Shown: positions 43,846-54,378, counted from the first letter of the stretch. The stretch: 64,000 bases of DNA from Actinomycetota bacterium (GCA_046731605.1 JBKPLL010000056.1:1664-65663), one strand, 5' to 3'. Notes: a model not told the origin generated them from the sequence alone. Numbers and translations are program-made.

Positions 43846-44306
43846 CAGCGTTGGAGGAACGTAAGCCGGTACTTGCCGATCTGGAGCTCGTCGCCGTCTC
43901 TCAGATCGGCCGTCTCGACCCGTTCGCGGTTGACGAAGGTGCCGTTCAGGCTGCCCTGGTCATCGAGCCTCCAGCGTTCGCCGTCCTTGCTGAAGACGGC
44001 GTGCTTGCGCGACACGGTGACGTCGTCGAGGAAGATCGCGCACTCGGGCGAGCGTCCGATCGTCGTCGGGCTCGCCTCGAGGGCGAACGTCTCGCCGGAC
44101 CGCCCGCCGCCCGAGCGGACGATGAGGGCCGCGCCGTGGATGCCGAGATCGTCGAGCGGGTCGAGGCTCTCGGGTACCTCGGGAGCGGCGAACGCCTCGG
44201 TCGACTCGCCCTCCCCGGGGACGACGAGCGCCGCGCCGCACTTCGCGCAGAAGTGGGCGGATTCCGGGTTGTTGTACCCGCACTCAGGGCAGTAGACGTG
44301 CGCCAT
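43845..44306 (-). CDS. zinc-ribbon + FHA domain protein
   Basis: ATG 44306 in track ORF 43845..44708. CPECG...CAKCG, then FHA core TIGRSPECAIFLDDVTVSRKHA...SLNGTFVN. Confidence 0.85.
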   Translation of the reverse strand: MAHVYCPECGYNNPESAHFCAKCGAALVVPGEGESTEAFAAPEVPESLDPLDDLGIHGAALIVRSGGGRSGETFALEASPTTIGRSPECAIFLDDVTVSRKHAVFSKDGERWRLDDQGSLNGTFVNRERVETADLRDGDELQIGKYRLTFLQR

Positions 44307-44548
44307 CAGGCAGGCGGGGCGGCCTTGCCGGTGAGGATGTCGGTGAGCGAGTCGACGTCGACCGACTCGAGCACGCTCCTCCCCTGCGTCTCCTGGAGCC
44401 GCGCCACGAGCTCGGCCCGCAGGATGTCGATCTTCCCGTGCAGGAGCCGCCGGCGATACGACACCTCCTGTTCCTCGCGCGTGAGCTCGTCGATGAGCTT
44501 CTTGAGGTCCTCGTCGGACAATGTCGCGAGATCCGGCAGCGGTTCCAT
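44306..44548 (-). CDS. small coiled-coil protein upstream of the FHA gene
   Basis: 80-aa track ORF with ATG start. Its stop overlaps the FHA start. LSDEDLKKLIDELTREEQEVSYRRRLLHGKIDILRAEL. Confidence 0.6.
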   Translation of the reverse strand: MEPLPDLATLSDEDLKKLIDELTREEQEVSYRRRLLHGKIDILRAELVARLQETQGRSVLESVDVDSLTDILTGKAAPPA

Positions 44549-44613
44549 CAGGCCCTTTCGGTCGAGGGTGAAGCTGAACTTTAGCCTTTGCCCTCGGCCG
44601 GAGCAAAAGCTCG

Positions 44614-47133
44614 CTACGTCCGGGCGGCCGCCGCCTCCCCCTGCTCGATCTCGTCCACCAGCGCCCGCAGCTCGCGCGCGAGCTCGGCCGACTGCTCGCG
44701 CGTCTCACCCTCGGCGTAGAGGTGGAGGAGCGGCTCGTCCGGATCCGGCAGCACCTGTGTCCAACCGCGCTCGTCGAAGAGCTTGATCCCGTCGGTGAGG
44801 TCGACGTCGCGTCCTGCGAGGCGCTCGTTCAGCACGCGCATCACGAGCCCTTTCAAAGCCCAAGGGCACGGCACCTGGTGGTGGACGAGCGTCGGTTCGG
44901 GCAACTCGGCCACGAGCTCCGACAGGGGGCGGTTGACGGGCGCGAGCAGCTCGAGGAGCTTCGCGAGGCTCGCGACCGCGTCGTAGCCGGGCAGGAACTC
45001 GGGGAAGACGTAGCCGCCACCCACGGCGCCCGCGAAGACGACGTCGCCGTCGGCAGCGGCGCGCGTCAGCTCGGGCAGCGAGGTCGGCGTCCGCACGACC
45101 TCGAGTTCCGAGTGCTCGACGAGCCGCTCGACCTGGCTCGTCACCGTCACCGGGAAGGCGAGCTTCCCGCGGCGCCCGTCCGAACCGAGGAGGCGGAGGA
45201 AGAGCAGGAGCGCCTGCTCCACCGGCACCTCGTGCGCCTGCTCGTCGACCAGGTGGAGCCGCTCCGCAGAGCGGTCGAAGACCGCGCCGAGATCCGCGCC
45301 GACGACGGGCACGAGCCGCTTGGTCTGGCCGATCGAGGCCGCGAGTCCCGGGGCGGCGTCGGCGTAGTCGGGACCCTCCCCCGTGAAGGCATGAGCGGCC
45401 ACGACTTCCACCCCGAGCGGGCCGAGCACGAGCGGAAGCACGTACGAGGCGCCGGAGAAGCCGTAGTCGACGACGATGCGGAAGCGGCGGTCGCGCACGG
45501 CGTCGGCGTCGATCGTCGAGAGGAGCTCGGCCGCATACGTCTCCCGCACCCGTGCCGGATACGAGATGCCGCCGACCTCGCCGGCGGCGACGCGCCGGAA
45601 CTCGCCGCGCGTGAAGTGCTTCTCGACCTCCTTCTGCATCGCCGCGCTCATCTCGACTCCGGGCGGCTCGAAGAACTGGATCCGGATCACCTCCGGGTCG
45701 TTCGGGCTGACGCCCACGTGGAAGCCGGCGTCGTGTGCCTCCGACTTCACGAGGTGGCGGGCGACGGCCGCCGGGCTGACGCGGAGATCGGCGACGTGGA
45801 CCCCCGTCGACGAGATCCCCGAAATCATCGCCCGCTTGATCATCCGGCAGGCGGCGGCGCCCTCGCGGCTGGCCACGACCCGCTGGCCGCGCTTCAGCGC
45901 AGTGCCCAGCGCCGCGGCGAGCCGCACCGCCACGTCCGGGGTGAGATCGACGTTCACCATCCCCGCGACCCCGGTCTTGCCGAAGACGCGCGTCGTGCCA
46001 CGCGACTCCCAGATCAAGCTCTCGTGCAGCGTCGAGCCGGTCTCGACCTCCTTGAAGGGGTAGACCCGGACACCGGGCAGGATCACGCTCTCGGAGCCGA
46101 TCGTGACCTCGTCGCCGATGGCGGCGCCCTCGTGCACGCGAACGTGAGCGCGGAGGTCGCAGCTGCGGCCGATGATCGCGCCGACCACGTCGGTGCTGCG
46201 GCCGATGTAGGTGGAGGTGTCGACGATCGAGCGGACGACGCGGCCGCGCTCGCGAAGCGTGACGCTGCTCGAGAGCACGGTGTACGGGCCAACGTGCGCG
46301 CCGCGCGCGATGCGGCAGTAGTTGCCGAGGTACGCCGGGCCTTCGATCGCGTCGAGGTCGTCGAGGTCCACCCCGTCCCCAAGCCAGACGTTGCCGCGGA
46401 TGCGGATCCCGTCGATCTCCAGCTGGACGCTCTCGTCGAGCGCGTCGAAGTTCGCCTGCCGGTACTGGTCGAGGTTGCCGATGTCCTGCCAGTAGCCGTC
46501 GAAGACGTGGCCGTAGATCGGGCGTCCCATCTCGAGCAGCAGCGGGAAGAGCTCCTTGGAGAAGTCGTACGGCCGGTCCTGCGGGATGTGCTTCAGCACC
46601 TCGGGCTCGAGCACGTAGATGCCGGTGTTGATCGTGTCGGAGAAGACCTGGCCCCAGGAGGGCTTCTCGAGGAAGCGCTCGACGCGGCCGTCCTCGTCGG
46701 TGACGACGATCCCGAACTCGAGCGGGTTCTCGACCGACTTGAGCCCGATCGTCACGGAGGCGCCCTTCTCGCGGTGCGCCGCGACGAGGCCGGTCAGGTC
46801 GACGTCGCATAGCGCGTCTCCGGAGATGACGAGGAACGTGTCGTCGAGCCTCCCCGCTGCGCGCTTGACCGAGCCGGCCGTGCCGAGCGGCGATTCCTCC
46901 ACGGAGTAGCCGATGTCCACGCCGAGCGTCTCGCCGTTGCCGAAGTAGCTCCGGATCGCCTGCGGCAGGAAGGCGACCGTCACGATGACGTCCTCGAACC
47001 CGTGCCGCCTGAGCAGCTCGACGATGTGCTCCATGCACGGCTTGCCGACGATCGGAACCATCGGCTTGGGCTGGTTCGAGGTCAGAGGCCGCAGGCGCGT
47101 GCCCTCTCCACCGGCCATGACTACCGCCTTCAT
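44614..47133 (-). CDS. bifunctional sugar-1-phosphate nucleotidyltransferase / phosphohexomutase-like protein
   Basis: ATG 47133 in track ORF 44614..47223. N-terminus [13 protein letters not shown], left-handed beta-helix region, then a PGM/PMM-like C-terminal half. Confidence 0.85.
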   Translation of the reverse strand: MKAVVMAGGEGTRLRPLTSNQPKPMVPIVGKPCMEHIVELLRRHGFEDVIVTVAFLPQAIRSYFGNGETLGVDIGYSVEESPLGTAGSVKRAAGRLDDTFLVISGDALCDVDLTGLVAAHREKGASVTIGLKSVENPLEFGIVVTDEDGRVERFLEKPSWGQVFSDTINTGIYVLEPEVLKHIPQDRPYDFSKELFPLLLEMGRPIYGHVFDGYWQDIGNLDQYRQANFDALDESVQLEIDGIRIRGNVWLGDGVDLDDLDAIEGPAYLGNYCRIARGAHVGPYTVLSSSVTLRERGRVVRSIVDTSTYIGRSTDVVGAIIGRSCDLRAHVRVHEGAAIGDEVTIGSESVILPGVRVYPFKEVETGSTLHESLIWESRGTTRVFGKTGVAGMVNVDLTPDVAVRLAAALGTALKRGQRVVASREGAAACRMIKRAMISGISSTGVHVADLRVSPAAVARHLVKSEAHDAGFHVGVSPNDPEVIRIQFFEPPGVEMSAAMQKEVEKHFTRGEFRRVAAGEVGGISYPARVRETYAAELLSTIDADAVRDRRFRIVVDYGFSGASYVLPLVLGPLGVEVVAAHAFTGEGPDYADAAPGLAASIGQTKRLVPVVGADLGAVFDRSAERLHLVDEQAHEVPVEQALLLFLRLLGSDGRRGKLAFPVTVTSQVERLVEHSELEVVRTPTSLPELTRAAADGDVVFAGAVGGGYVFPEFLPGYDAVASLAKLLELLAPVNRPLSELVAELPEPTLVHHQVPCPWALKGLVMRVLNERLAGRDVDLTDGIKLFDERGWTQVLPDPDEPLLHLYAEGETREQSAELARELRALVDEIEQGEAAAART

Positions 47134-47687
47134 TGCCGCAGTTCTCTCCGGGCCGTGCGGATGTACAACACGCCGGCCACGAGGGCGAGTGCGAGCCCGG
47201 CCCAGAAGAGGTAGAGCGGCCACCTCGTCGCCGGGTCGATCACGATGCGGAAGAAGATCGAGGCGTAGAGGATCCAGGTGGCCGCCTTGCCGACCAGATT
47301 GACGTCGACGTCGATTCCGCGCGGCGCCAGCAGGACGGAGCCGGCCAGCAGGAGAACGTCGCGCCCGAGGATCACGGCGAGCCCGACCCAGGGCAGCCGG
47401 TCGTAGTACGCGAGGAGGATCACGGCCGCGTCGATCATCAGCCGGTCGGCCAGCGGGTCGGCGACCTTGCCGAACTGCGACTCGACGTGCCAGCGGCGCG
47501 CCAGGAAGCCGTCGACCTGGTCGGTGATCCCGGCGATGCCGAACGCCACTCCCGCCGGCCAGCTCGGCCTGTGACCCGCCCGCACCATGAGCACGACGAA
47601 CACGGGAATCAGCGCGAGCCGCGCGATCGTGAGCGCGTTCGGCAGCTGCGCGAGGGGCGCCGACACTGCGGGAGCCTGAGCCTCCAT
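47130..47687 (-). CDS. pgsA: CDP-diacylglycerol--glycerol-3-phosphate 3-phosphatidyltransferase-like protein
   Basis: ATG 47687 in track ORF 47130..48821. CDP-alcohol motif [27 protein letters not shown]. Confidence 0.85.
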   Translation of the reverse strand: MEAQAPAVSAPLAQLPNALTIARLALIPVFVVLMVRAGHRPSWPAGVAFGIAGITDQVDGFLARRWHVESQFGKVADPLADRLMIDAAVILLAYYDRLPWVGLAVILGRDVLLLAGSVLLAPRGIDVDVNLVGKAATWILYASIFFRIVIDPATRWPLYLFWAGLALALVAGVLYIRTARRELRQ

Positions 47688-47704
47688 GTGGAAAGGATAC
47701 GGGC

Positions 47705-48715
47705 GTGCCAGAGCTACCCCGGATCCCCGGCTTCGTGAACGCGCATTGTCACGCCTTCCAGCGGGCGCTGCGCGGGCGGGTCGAGGGCGGGCACTTCTGG
47801 GCGTGGCGCGAGACGATGCTCGAGCTCGCGGCGGCCCAGACACCGGAGCGGGTGCGGCGGGAGTACGTCGACGTCTACCGCGAGCTGCGCGCGGCGGGCT
47901 ACGCGGCGGTCGGTGAGTTCCACTACCTCGGCTTCGAGGAGGGGCGGGCGGCTGCCGAGGCCGCTGTGGAGGCGGGGATCGAGCTCGTCCTCCTCCACGT
48001 GGCCTACGCGCGCGGCGGAATCGAGCGCTTCCGCCAGGAGTCGGTGGCGGCGTACCTGCGCGAGGTCGAGCAGCTGCGGAGCGACGGGATCCGCCTCGGT
48101 GTTGCCCCCCACTCCGTTCGCGCGTGCCCCCGCGACTGGCTCGAGGAGCTCGGCCGCTATGCCGCGGAGCACGAGCTGCCCTTGCACATCCATGCCGACG
48201 AGCAGCCGCGCGAGATCCAGGAGTGCCTCGCCGAGCACGGGGTCCGCCCCATCGAGCTGCTGGACGCGTGCGGCTGCCTCGGCCCGCGCACGACCGTCGT
48301 GCACGCGACGCACGCCGACGGCCATGAGCTCGACCTGCTCGCGGCGGCCGGTGCGCGCGTTTGCGCCTGCCCGACGACCGAGGCGAACCTCGGTGACGGC
48401 TTCTTGCCGGTCGAGCGCCTCCTCCACCGCGGCGTCGCGCTCTGCATCGGCTCCGACTCGAACGTGCGGATCGACCCGCTCGAGGAGCTGCGTGAACTCG
48501 ACGGGATCGCGCGACGCCAGTCCGGCAGGCGCGACGTCTTCGCCGTGCACGATCTGCTCGAGATCGGCTCCGCCGGCGGCGCGAACGCGTTGGCGATCGA
48601 GTCGTGGCCGGAAGTGGCAGTCGACACCGAGCATCCGCAGCTCGCCGGGGTAGAGAACTGGCGAAGCGCGCTCGTCGCGGGCTGCTCGGCCGACGTGCTC
48701 CGAAACGCCCGTTAG
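47705..48715 (+). CDS. amidohydrolase, formimidoylglutamate deiminase-like, lacking the usual N-terminal beta-sandwich
   Basis: 336-aa track ORF. Motifs [27 protein letters not shown]. Confidence 0.8.
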   Translation: MPELPRIPGFVNAHCHAFQRALRGRVEGGHFWAWRETMLELAAAQTPERVRREYVDVYRELRAAGYAAVGEFHYLGFEEGRAAAEAAVEAGIELVLLHVAYARGGIERFRQESVAAYLREVEQLRSDGIRLGVAPHSVRACPRDWLEELGRYAAEHELPLHIHADEQPREIQECLAEHGVRPIELLDACGCLGPRTTVVHATHADGHELDLLAAAGARVCACPTTEANLGDGFLPVERLLHRGVALCIGSDSNVRIDPLEELRELDGIARRQSGRRDVFAVHDLLEIGSAGGANALAIESWPEVAVDTEHPQLAGVENWRSALVAGCSADVLRNAR

Positions 48716-48744
48716 GTTCTGCCCACCGATCGAGGAGGTTCTCA

Positions 48745-48999
48745 GTGGACGAGCACGGCAGCGGGCAGTGGTCGACCCCGGAGGAGGAGCGCACGTTCCG
48801 TCTCGTCCGTGATCTCCTCATGGAGATGCGCGACCGCGGGCGCGGGATCTACATCATGCCGGTACAGGAGGGGATGGAGTCCTATGGCGTCGACGGTTGG
48901 GCGGTCGGCGAATACAGCGCTACCGGCGGCCAGGACCTCGCGGTCGGACCGTGGCTGGAACAGGTCGTGGAGGCCGCGCGCGACGCTGCTGCGGACTGA
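48745..48999 (+). CDS. hypothetical 84-aa protein
   Basis: GTG 48745 with GAGGAGG 6 nt upstream, in track ORF 48604..48999. Confidence 0.5.
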   Translation: MDEHGSGQWSTPEEERTFRLVRDLLMEMRDRGRGIYIMPVQEGMESYGVDGWAVGEYSATGGQDLAVGPWLEQVVEAARDAAAD

Positions 49000-49006
49000 C
49001 TACGCG

Positions 49007-49237
49007 TCAGGGTCCGAAGTGCTTCCGTCCCCAAGCGACGAGCTCCTCGACATCAGCCGGGTCCGGGTAGTCCATGGGCAGATCGTCGTCTCCGGGCGAG
49101 TATGTGTGCCCGGGCCAGTCCGGCTCGCCCGGGGCGGGGTTCCACGCGAGGCGCCACGCGCCCGCTGCGTCGCCCTGGCAAAGGTCGAGCCAGCCGCGCG
49201 TGAGTCGCTCTCGGCGGTAGATGTGCGTCTCGATCAT
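49007..49237 (-). CDS. hypothetical 76-aa protein
   Basis: ATG 49237 with AAGGAGG upstream, in track ORF 49007..49348. Confidence 0.5.
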   Translation of the reverse strand: MIETHIYRRERLTRGWLDLCQGDAAGAWRLAWNPAPGEPDWPGHTYSPGDDDLPMDYPDPADVEELVAWGRKHFGP

Positions 49238-49399
49238 CCCAAGCCTCCTTCGCCGCAGAGCTGTCGTGTGCGTCAGAAGCCTTTGATGCCCCTGTGTATC
49301 GTCAGCGGGAGCCACAGGCCAATAGCTCAGAGAGGTGCAGTCGCGCAATAGAGCAGGGCCCGCTTTGAGCAGGCCCTTCTCTATTTGTTCCTCCGGTGG

Positions 49400-51001
49400 C
49401 TAGCTGCCGTAGGCGAAGTAGGCGTCCTCGCCGTGACCGCAGCGGCCCGCGAAGCAGGCCTCCTCACGCATGTCGGTCCAGTAGGCCACGACGTGGGTCG
49501 TCCCGGGGACGACCGCGATGTTGCTGTAGTCACCGAGGAAGGTCGTCGCGAACGGGAACGACGGGTCCAGCGTCGTCGCGAACCAGCGATCGTTCTTGGT
49601 CGGATCCGACTGCTGAGTCGAAACCGGGGTGAACGAGTAGCTCGCCGGTCCGGTCTGGGTTGCAAGTGAGTAGTCGTACAGATGGTTGGCCGCGTCGGTG
49701 CCACGGTCGAATGTGCCGATCCGCAGCGTTCCCGACGCGTCGAACGCACCCCACGGCATGAACTGGTCGTTCGAGCGGGCGAGCGCTTGTGGAGCGCTCC
49801 ATGTGCGCCCGTGATCCATCGACTCGCTGACGATCACGTCGGAATTGGTAACAGCTGAGTAGGGGTCGGCAGGCGCAGGCGTCGGGCTGTTCCGCATGTC
49901 TGACCAGACCACGGCGAGGTGGGCCGGATTCGTCGGGTCGGCCGTGATGTTCCCTGCGGCCCAGGTGCGGAAGAGGCTGTCCTGGTAGGTCTGCCGCCCG
50001 AACGCGATCGGGTAGTCGGTCGCTCCGTCGATGGCCTGGGCGACCGGGAACGGTCCGGCGACACGCGCGCCGGTTGCCGGGTCGACCTCGACCGTGTAGT
50101 ACGTGTCGCGGCCGGTGGTCAGGTCGTCGGTGTTCAAAAAGGCGACATAGATCCGCCCGTCGGCAGCGACTGTCGGCACGGAGACGAAGGCCTCGTCCAA
50201 ATCGCCGGAGATGACCCGCGGCTTGGACCACGTCGTACCAGCGTCATGCGTCACCGACGCGTAAATGCGGGCGCTCTCGAACGAACCCTTCTGGCCGAGG
50301 CGGAAGTCGCCGAAGGTGACGATCGCGTTGCCGCGACCCCAGGCTGCGACGTACTCCTTGTCGAGCAGGTCACCGACGCTCGTCTCCACGCCGCTGCCCT
50401 GCGCGATACGGGAAACCGCCCAGCTCTTGCCACCGTCGCCGGAGTTCGCCACGAGCACGTCCGGGTTCTGCGCGTTCACCGGCCCGACGAAGCGGAAGCC
50501 GAGCGTGCCGTAATACGCGTGCCCGGAATCGTCGAACGCGACCGAGGGATCACCGGAGGCCTGGTACGCGGAGTTCGAGTTCAGCGGGTACTCCGTCCAC
50601 GTCTGGCCACCGTCGAACGAGACATGTGCCCGCGAAAGCAGAGTCTCGGACACGTGCCCGCCCCGGTTGATGCCGAGCTGGTAGTCGTTCGCCCCGCCGA
50701 TGATGTTGTTCGGATTCGTCGGGTTGACGGCGATCGACGTCTCGTTGTGCGGCCCGTTGTGCTCGCAGTCAGTGTTGACGTTCGCCGCGGTCGACATCGT
50801 CGTCGAACAGAGCGGCGTGCCGATTTTGACGGCTGGCCCGGTGCCGAACACAGCACTCGTGACCGGCGCAGGCGCGTCGACAGCGTTATGCGTGAAGTCG
50901 ATCGGCTGCGGATCGTCGCCGGCGGTGGCCAGGGCCACCCCGAAAGCAGCGAACGCGAAGAGCGCGACGCCGAACAGCAAGCCGAGCTTGCGATACCTCA
51001 T
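49400..51001 (-). CDS. secreted BNR/Asp-box repeat (sialidase-fold) protein
   Basis: 533-aa track ORF with signal peptide. Asp-boxes SFDGGQTW, SGDGGKSW, THDAGTTW, SMDHGRTW. Confidence 0.8.
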   Translation of the reverse strand: MRYRKLGLLFGVALFAFAAFGVALATAGDDPQPIDFTHNAVDAPAPVTSAVFGTGPAVKIGTPLCSTTMSTAANVNTDCEHNGPHNETSIAVNPTNPNNIIGGANDYQLGINRGGHVSETLLSRAHVSFDGGQTWTEYPLNSNSAYQASGDPSVAFDDSGHAYYGTLGFRFVGPVNAQNPDVLVANSGDGGKSWAVSRIAQGSGVETSVGDLLDKEYVAAWGRGNAIVTFGDFRLGQKGSFESARIYASVTHDAGTTWSKPRVISGDLDEAFVSVPTVAADGRIYVAFLNTDDLTTGRDTYYTVEVDPATGARVAGPFPVAQAIDGATDYPIAFGRQTYQDSLFRTWAAGNITADPTNPAHLAVVWSDMRNSPTPAPADPYSAVTNSDVIVSESMDHGRTWSAPQALARSNDQFMPWGAFDASGTLRIGTFDRGTDAANHLYDYSLATQTGPASYSFTPVSTQQSDPTKNDRWFATTLDPSFPFATTFLGDYSNIAVVPGTTHVVAYWTDMREEACFAGRCGHGEDAYFAYGS

Positions 51002-51144
51002 AAGAGTCCCCCTTCGTTTGCACGACTTGCCGGTAATTACCGAAAGCCCGCGAGACTAACCTCACGGCGAGTTGCTTAGGGCCGTGGCAGCCAACGAGGC
51101 TCGTACGCGCTCACGGAGAGGGCGGCGATAGCTCGCCGCCCTCC

Positions 51145-51288
51145 TCAGACAGCGCGGCCGCGGCCGCCGACGAACCACACGATCACCAGCACGATCAGCA
51201 GGAGTAGCAGCCACGTAGGCAGCCCTCCGATAAGCACGACAAGAAGCCAGATGATGGCGATGAGAACGAGAATTCCAATGAGTGTCAT
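51145..51288 (-). CDS. hydrophobic micro-protein (47 aa), hypothetical
   Basis: ATG 51288 to TGA 51145: MTLIGILVLIAIIWLLVVLIGGLPTWLLLLLIVLVIVWFVGGRGRAV. Below the track cutoff. Confidence 0.3.
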   Translation of the reverse strand: MTLIGILVLIAIIWLLVVLIGGLPTWLLLLLIVLVIVWFVGGRGRAV

Positions 51289-51443
51289 GGTGTGGGTGTC
51301 CCCACGCGAGGGTGACCGTAATCATCTCGATGAGCAATGCAGCAGCCGATACCGGCACTTCCGGCCCAACCGAGCACGTCGGAGACCACCGCGACGTGTC
51401 GCGCGTGTCGCGCGCGTAGACGCAGTAGCGTGAAGCAAGGAGG

Positions 51444-51470
51444 CGGGGCGGCGTCGAACCGAGCCGCCCC
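51444..51470. repeat. partial copy of the tRNA-Pro 3' end, embedded in an 8-bp hairpin
   Basis: cggggcggc-g-tcgaaccg matches 52203-52211 plus 52217-52224 of the tRNA-Pro gene in the same orientation (17 nt identical, 5-nt versus 1-nt linker). It also forms the hairpin GGGGCGGC/GCCGCCCC. Confidence 0.4.
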
Positions 51471-51662
51471 TGGAAAAGTGGAGATGGCTGCTCCCCAGCA
51501 GTTGACCGCCTTTTAGGCGGGATCTCACTTCACCGCTAGCAAATAGGCGTTCGGGCTTCCCAGCGGTCTGCTCGCCGCCGACTCCTAGCCCCAGCGTGTT
51601 GGGCACTCTCCCGCGTTTCGCCGACCTTGCGGCCACGGTCCCGCAGCCCTGTCTGCCGGCTG

Positions 51663-51932
51663 CTAACTGGTTGGGTAGTCAGCGTCGGTGGGATGGAGGG
51701 TGTAACGCTGGCCGAGAACGTCGAGCTGGGCGGGGCCATCGGCGCGGACGCTCACGTGGGCTTCGAGGGCGCTCAGAGCTTCGAGAATCCTTTTGTTGCT
51801 TCGGTCGAGGAAGACCTCGACCCGGCAGCGTCCGTTCTCTCCCTCGATGAGCTCTGGGTCGAATCCTGAGAGCGCCGCGCAGAACGCTTCCGCCGATTCA
51901 CGGCTCGCCGCATGAATTACAAGTGACTCCAT
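51663..51932 (-). CDS. hypothetical 89-aa protein
   Basis: ATG 51932 with GAAGG 5 nt upstream, in track ORF 51663..51977. Moderate GC3. No motif recognised. Confidence 0.45.
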   Translation of the reverse strand: MESLVIHAASRESAEAFCAALSGFDPELIEGENGRCRVEVFLDRSNKRILEALSALEAHVSVRADGPAQLDVLGQRYTLHPTDADYPTS

Positions 51933-51973
51933 TACGCCTTCTAAGTCGGAGCGTAGGCAGCCGCGGTGTTTCG

Positions 51974-52162
51974 TCAACCCCCCGGAGGACTCGAAGCGAG
52001 GAGCCGTTCGAGATCGGCCGCGAGATCGGCTGGTACCAGGAGTTGGCGAGACTCGCGATGTGCGGCTGCGGAAAGATCGTCCCGCTGAGCGTGCGTGAGT
52101 TCGACCGCGAAGGAGCTTGGGCGGACGGCCACGGGCCCGCGCAGCTGCGCGCTTCGTAGCAC
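51974..52162 (-). CDS. possible ribbon-helix-helix-like small protein
   Basis: GTG 52162 (or TTG 52201 abutting the tRNA) in track ORF 51974..52201. The pattern SSFAVELTHAQRDDLSAAAHRE resembles the strand-helix start of CopG/RHH proteins. Weak. Confidence 0.3.
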   Translation of the reverse strand: MLRSAQLRGPVAVRPSSFAVELTHAQRDDLSAAAHRESRQLLVPADLAADLERLLASSPPGG

Positions 52163-52201
52163 TATGCGCGATTGGTTGACTACGGAACCCCTCGATCCCA
52201 A

Positions 52202-52276
52202 TCGGGGCGGCCGGATTCGAACCGGCGACCTTCGGTCCCCCAGACCGACGCGCTAACCAAGCTGCGCCACGCCCCG
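52202..52276 (-). tRNA. tRNA-Pro (anticodon GGG)
   Basis: Minus strand: acceptor CGGGGCG/CGCCCCG, D arm GCGC-AGCTTGGTTA-GCGC, anticodon arm TCGGT-CTGGGGG-ACCGA, T arm GCCGG-TTCGAAT-CCGGC, discriminator A. Confidence 0.9.
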
Positions 52277-52336
52277 CAGCGAGAACAACCGTAGCTCACC
52301 CGGGACCGCCCGGGACCGCTCCCGCGTATCGCTGGC

Positions 52337-53302
52337 ATGCGCACGATCCTCGCTCTCCCGGTCGCCGTCGTCGCGCTCCTTCTCCCCTCCTCCGTCGCCG
52401 CCACCTCGGGCGGCCGGGCGGTCGCTCTCGTCTGTGCAGAGATCTCGAACGAGGTGCTCGCGGTCTCTCTCGGGCCGCACGGCGGCAAGGTGCTCAAGCG
52501 GGTTCGTCTCCACTACCCGCTGATGGTCGCGGCACCGCTGCAGGGCCCGGCGGTCGTCGTCAACCCCCACGGAATCGTGACGCTGCTCGCCTGGCACTCC
52601 CTCCGACCGGTCAAGGTGTTCCGCGGCTTCGACCGGCCGGAGGTCGCCGCAATCGCGCCCGGCGACAGATACGCCTACGTCTCCGACGCGGGCAGCGGCC
52701 GGCTCGTGGTCATCGACCTGCACCGGCGCCGAATCGTGCGCCGCGTGTTCGTCGGCTTCAAGGCGCACCATCTCGACTTCAGCCCGGACGGGACGCGCCT
52801 CTGGGTCTCTCTGGGCGAAACAGCGACGACCATCGTTCGCCTCGACACGTCGAATCTGCGGCGGCCGCGCGTCGCCGGCCGGATCCATCCGGGCGTGACG
52901 GCCCACGGCATCGAGTTCTCGCCGAGCGGCACGACCGTGTGGGTCAGCTCCTCCGCGGCGCCGTTCGTCACGGTGTTCGAGGCCGCGACCGGCAGCGTTC
53001 TGCGTCGGATTGCCGCAGGCAAGGGGCCGCAGGAGATCGCGTTCTCGGGCAAGCGCACGCTCGTCACGAGCGGTTACGGCTCCTCGATCGAGGCCGTCTC
53101 GTGGCGGACGTACGGGCGTCACGGCTCGGTTGCGATGCCCTACGGGTCGTTCAACCTCGCGACGCTGGGTGGGAACGTCGTGACGAGCTCGGTCTTGACG
53201 GGCTATGTCACGGAGCTCGAGGCTGGGACGCTGAAGCGGATGTGGGCGAGCCGGATCGCGCCGGTCACGCGGTACGTTGCCATCTCGGTCTGGCCGCGCT
53301 AG
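52337..53302 (+). CDS. secreted YncE/YVTN-like beta-propeller repeat protein
   Basis: 321-aa track ORF with signal peptide. Repeated ...YVSDAGSGRLVVIDL..., ...FSPDGTRLWVS..., ...FSPSGTTVWVSS... blades. Confidence 0.8.
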   Translation: MRTILALPVAVVALLLPSSVAATSGGRAVALVCAEISNEVLAVSLGPHGGKVLKRVRLHYPLMVAAPLQGPAVVVNPHGIVTLLAWHSLRPVKVFRGFDRPEVAAIAPGDRYAYVSDAGSGRLVVIDLHRRRIVRRVFVGFKAHHLDFSPDGTRLWVSLGETATTIVRLDTSNLRRPRVAGRIHPGVTAHGIEFSPSGTTVWVSSSAAPFVTVFEAATGSVLRRIAAGKGPQEIAFSGKRTLVTSGYGSSIEAVSWRTYGRHGSVAMPYGSFNLATLGGNVVTSSVLTGYVTELEAGTLKRMWASRIAPVTRYVAISVWPR

Positions 53303-54378
53303 CCGATCTCGAGGTCACGTAGGGTCGCGCCCGGCGAGACGCTCAGCAGGGTCGTATTGCCCCCGACGAGCTTGCCCGAGCGCCTCACGACGACGAGCTT
53401 CGGCGTCACCGCCACGACGGTCCCGCGGACGAGGTAGGAACCCCGGGACGCGCCATCCGGATCGACAAGACGAACGACGGCAGAGTCGCGGCGCAGGCCC
53501 GGACTTGCGACGGCCAGCCGACCTCCCAGCCAGCCGAACGACTTGACGGTGCCGCGGATGTTCCGCGCCGCGCTCTGGTGCAAGACCCATACGCCCGTGG
53601 GCTGCGCGACTGCAATCGAATCCCCTGTCGGCGCGAACGCGAGCCCTGTCACGGGGACGCGAACCGGGATGAGCATTCGACTCTCGTGACCGACGTCGTA
53701 GATGACCGCCTTTCCTCCGGCTCCCACGTAGGCGACCGCCAGCGAATCGGCTCGCCACGAGGGCTTGACCGCCCGCACCGATCTGTCCACCGTGGTGTCG
53801 TGGATGCCGTTCCCGTAGATGACGTGCAGCACGAAGTGGTGTCCGGCGCGGACGACGTATGCGATCCGAAAGCCGTCCGGCGCCCATGCGATCGCGACAA
53901 CCTTCCCACCGGCCGGGTGCGTCCATGCCCGGCGCCCGTCAGGAGCCATCGCGATGAGGGAGTCTGCCGTCCCGGCCGCGACATACAGAGCACGCGGTGA
54001 GAGCGCAGCGGCGCTAACCGGCCGCCCATGCAGGCCCAGGCCGCTCTTGGTGACAACAGAGAGCTTTCCGTCGACCACGGCCAGCATGCCGTTGGCTCCT
54101 TTCGGCAACACGAGCCGGGTCGGCGCATGAAGCGGCTTCGTGTTCGTGCCGAGGCTGACATGCAGCGCGCCGGCTGCAGCCAGCGAGCCTGCGGCGATCA
54201 CGAGGAGGACGACCGCGGCCGCGAAGGCGAGGACGGCCGCTCGCAGCCCGCGCCGAGGGCCGGCCGCCGGCTGCAGTTCGCGCAGCGCCTTGTGCAGCGC
54301 TTTTTCTCCCGCTCCGGGATCCGGTTCCGGAGCCTCGGCGAACAACCCCTCGAGTCGCCGCTCAAGCTCACTCGACAT
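53299..54378 (-). CDS. single-pass membrane protein with periplasmic TolB-like beta-propeller; probable anti-sigma factor
   Basis: 359-aa track ORF. Its start overlaps the ECF sigma stop by 11 nt. Short cytoplasmic N-terminus and one TM. Repeats AWAPDGFRIAYV, SWRADSLAVAYV, LAFAPTGDSIAVA. Confidence 0.7.
   Translation of the reverse strand: MSSELERRLEGLFAEAPEPDPGAGEKALHKALRELQPAAGPRRGLRAAVLAFAAAVVLLVIAAGSLAAAGALHVSLGTNTKPLHAPTRLVLPKGANGMLAVVDGKLSVVTKSGLGLHGRPVSAAALSPRALYVAAGTADSLIAMAPDGRRAWTHPAGGKVVAIAWAPDGFRIAYVVRAGHHFVLHVIYGNGIHDTTVDRSVRAVKPSWRADSLAVAYVGAGGKAVIYDVGHESRMLIPVRVPVTGLAFAPTGDSIAVAQPTGVWVLHQSAARNIRGTVKSFGWLGGRLAVASPGLRRDSAVVRLVDPDGASRGSYLVRGTVVAVTPKLVVVRRSGKLVGGNTTLLSVSPGATLRDLEIG

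Noticed and set aside
44705-48821. Very long Arg/Pro/Gly-rich ORFs (for example 44705..47038, the N-terminal 378 aa of 47130..48821, and 3469..5865 upstream of 4930)
   Set aside because: These have low-complexity RRRPG-type composition and sit out of frame with or antisense to genes carrying clear family motifs. They are GC-driven open frames, not genes.
51322-51636. 104-aa minus-strand ORF in the non-coding stretch left of the tRNA-Pro patch
   Set aside because: It is Arg/Gly/Ser-rich low-complexity sequence with no codon bias, and it spans the tRNA-like hairpin.
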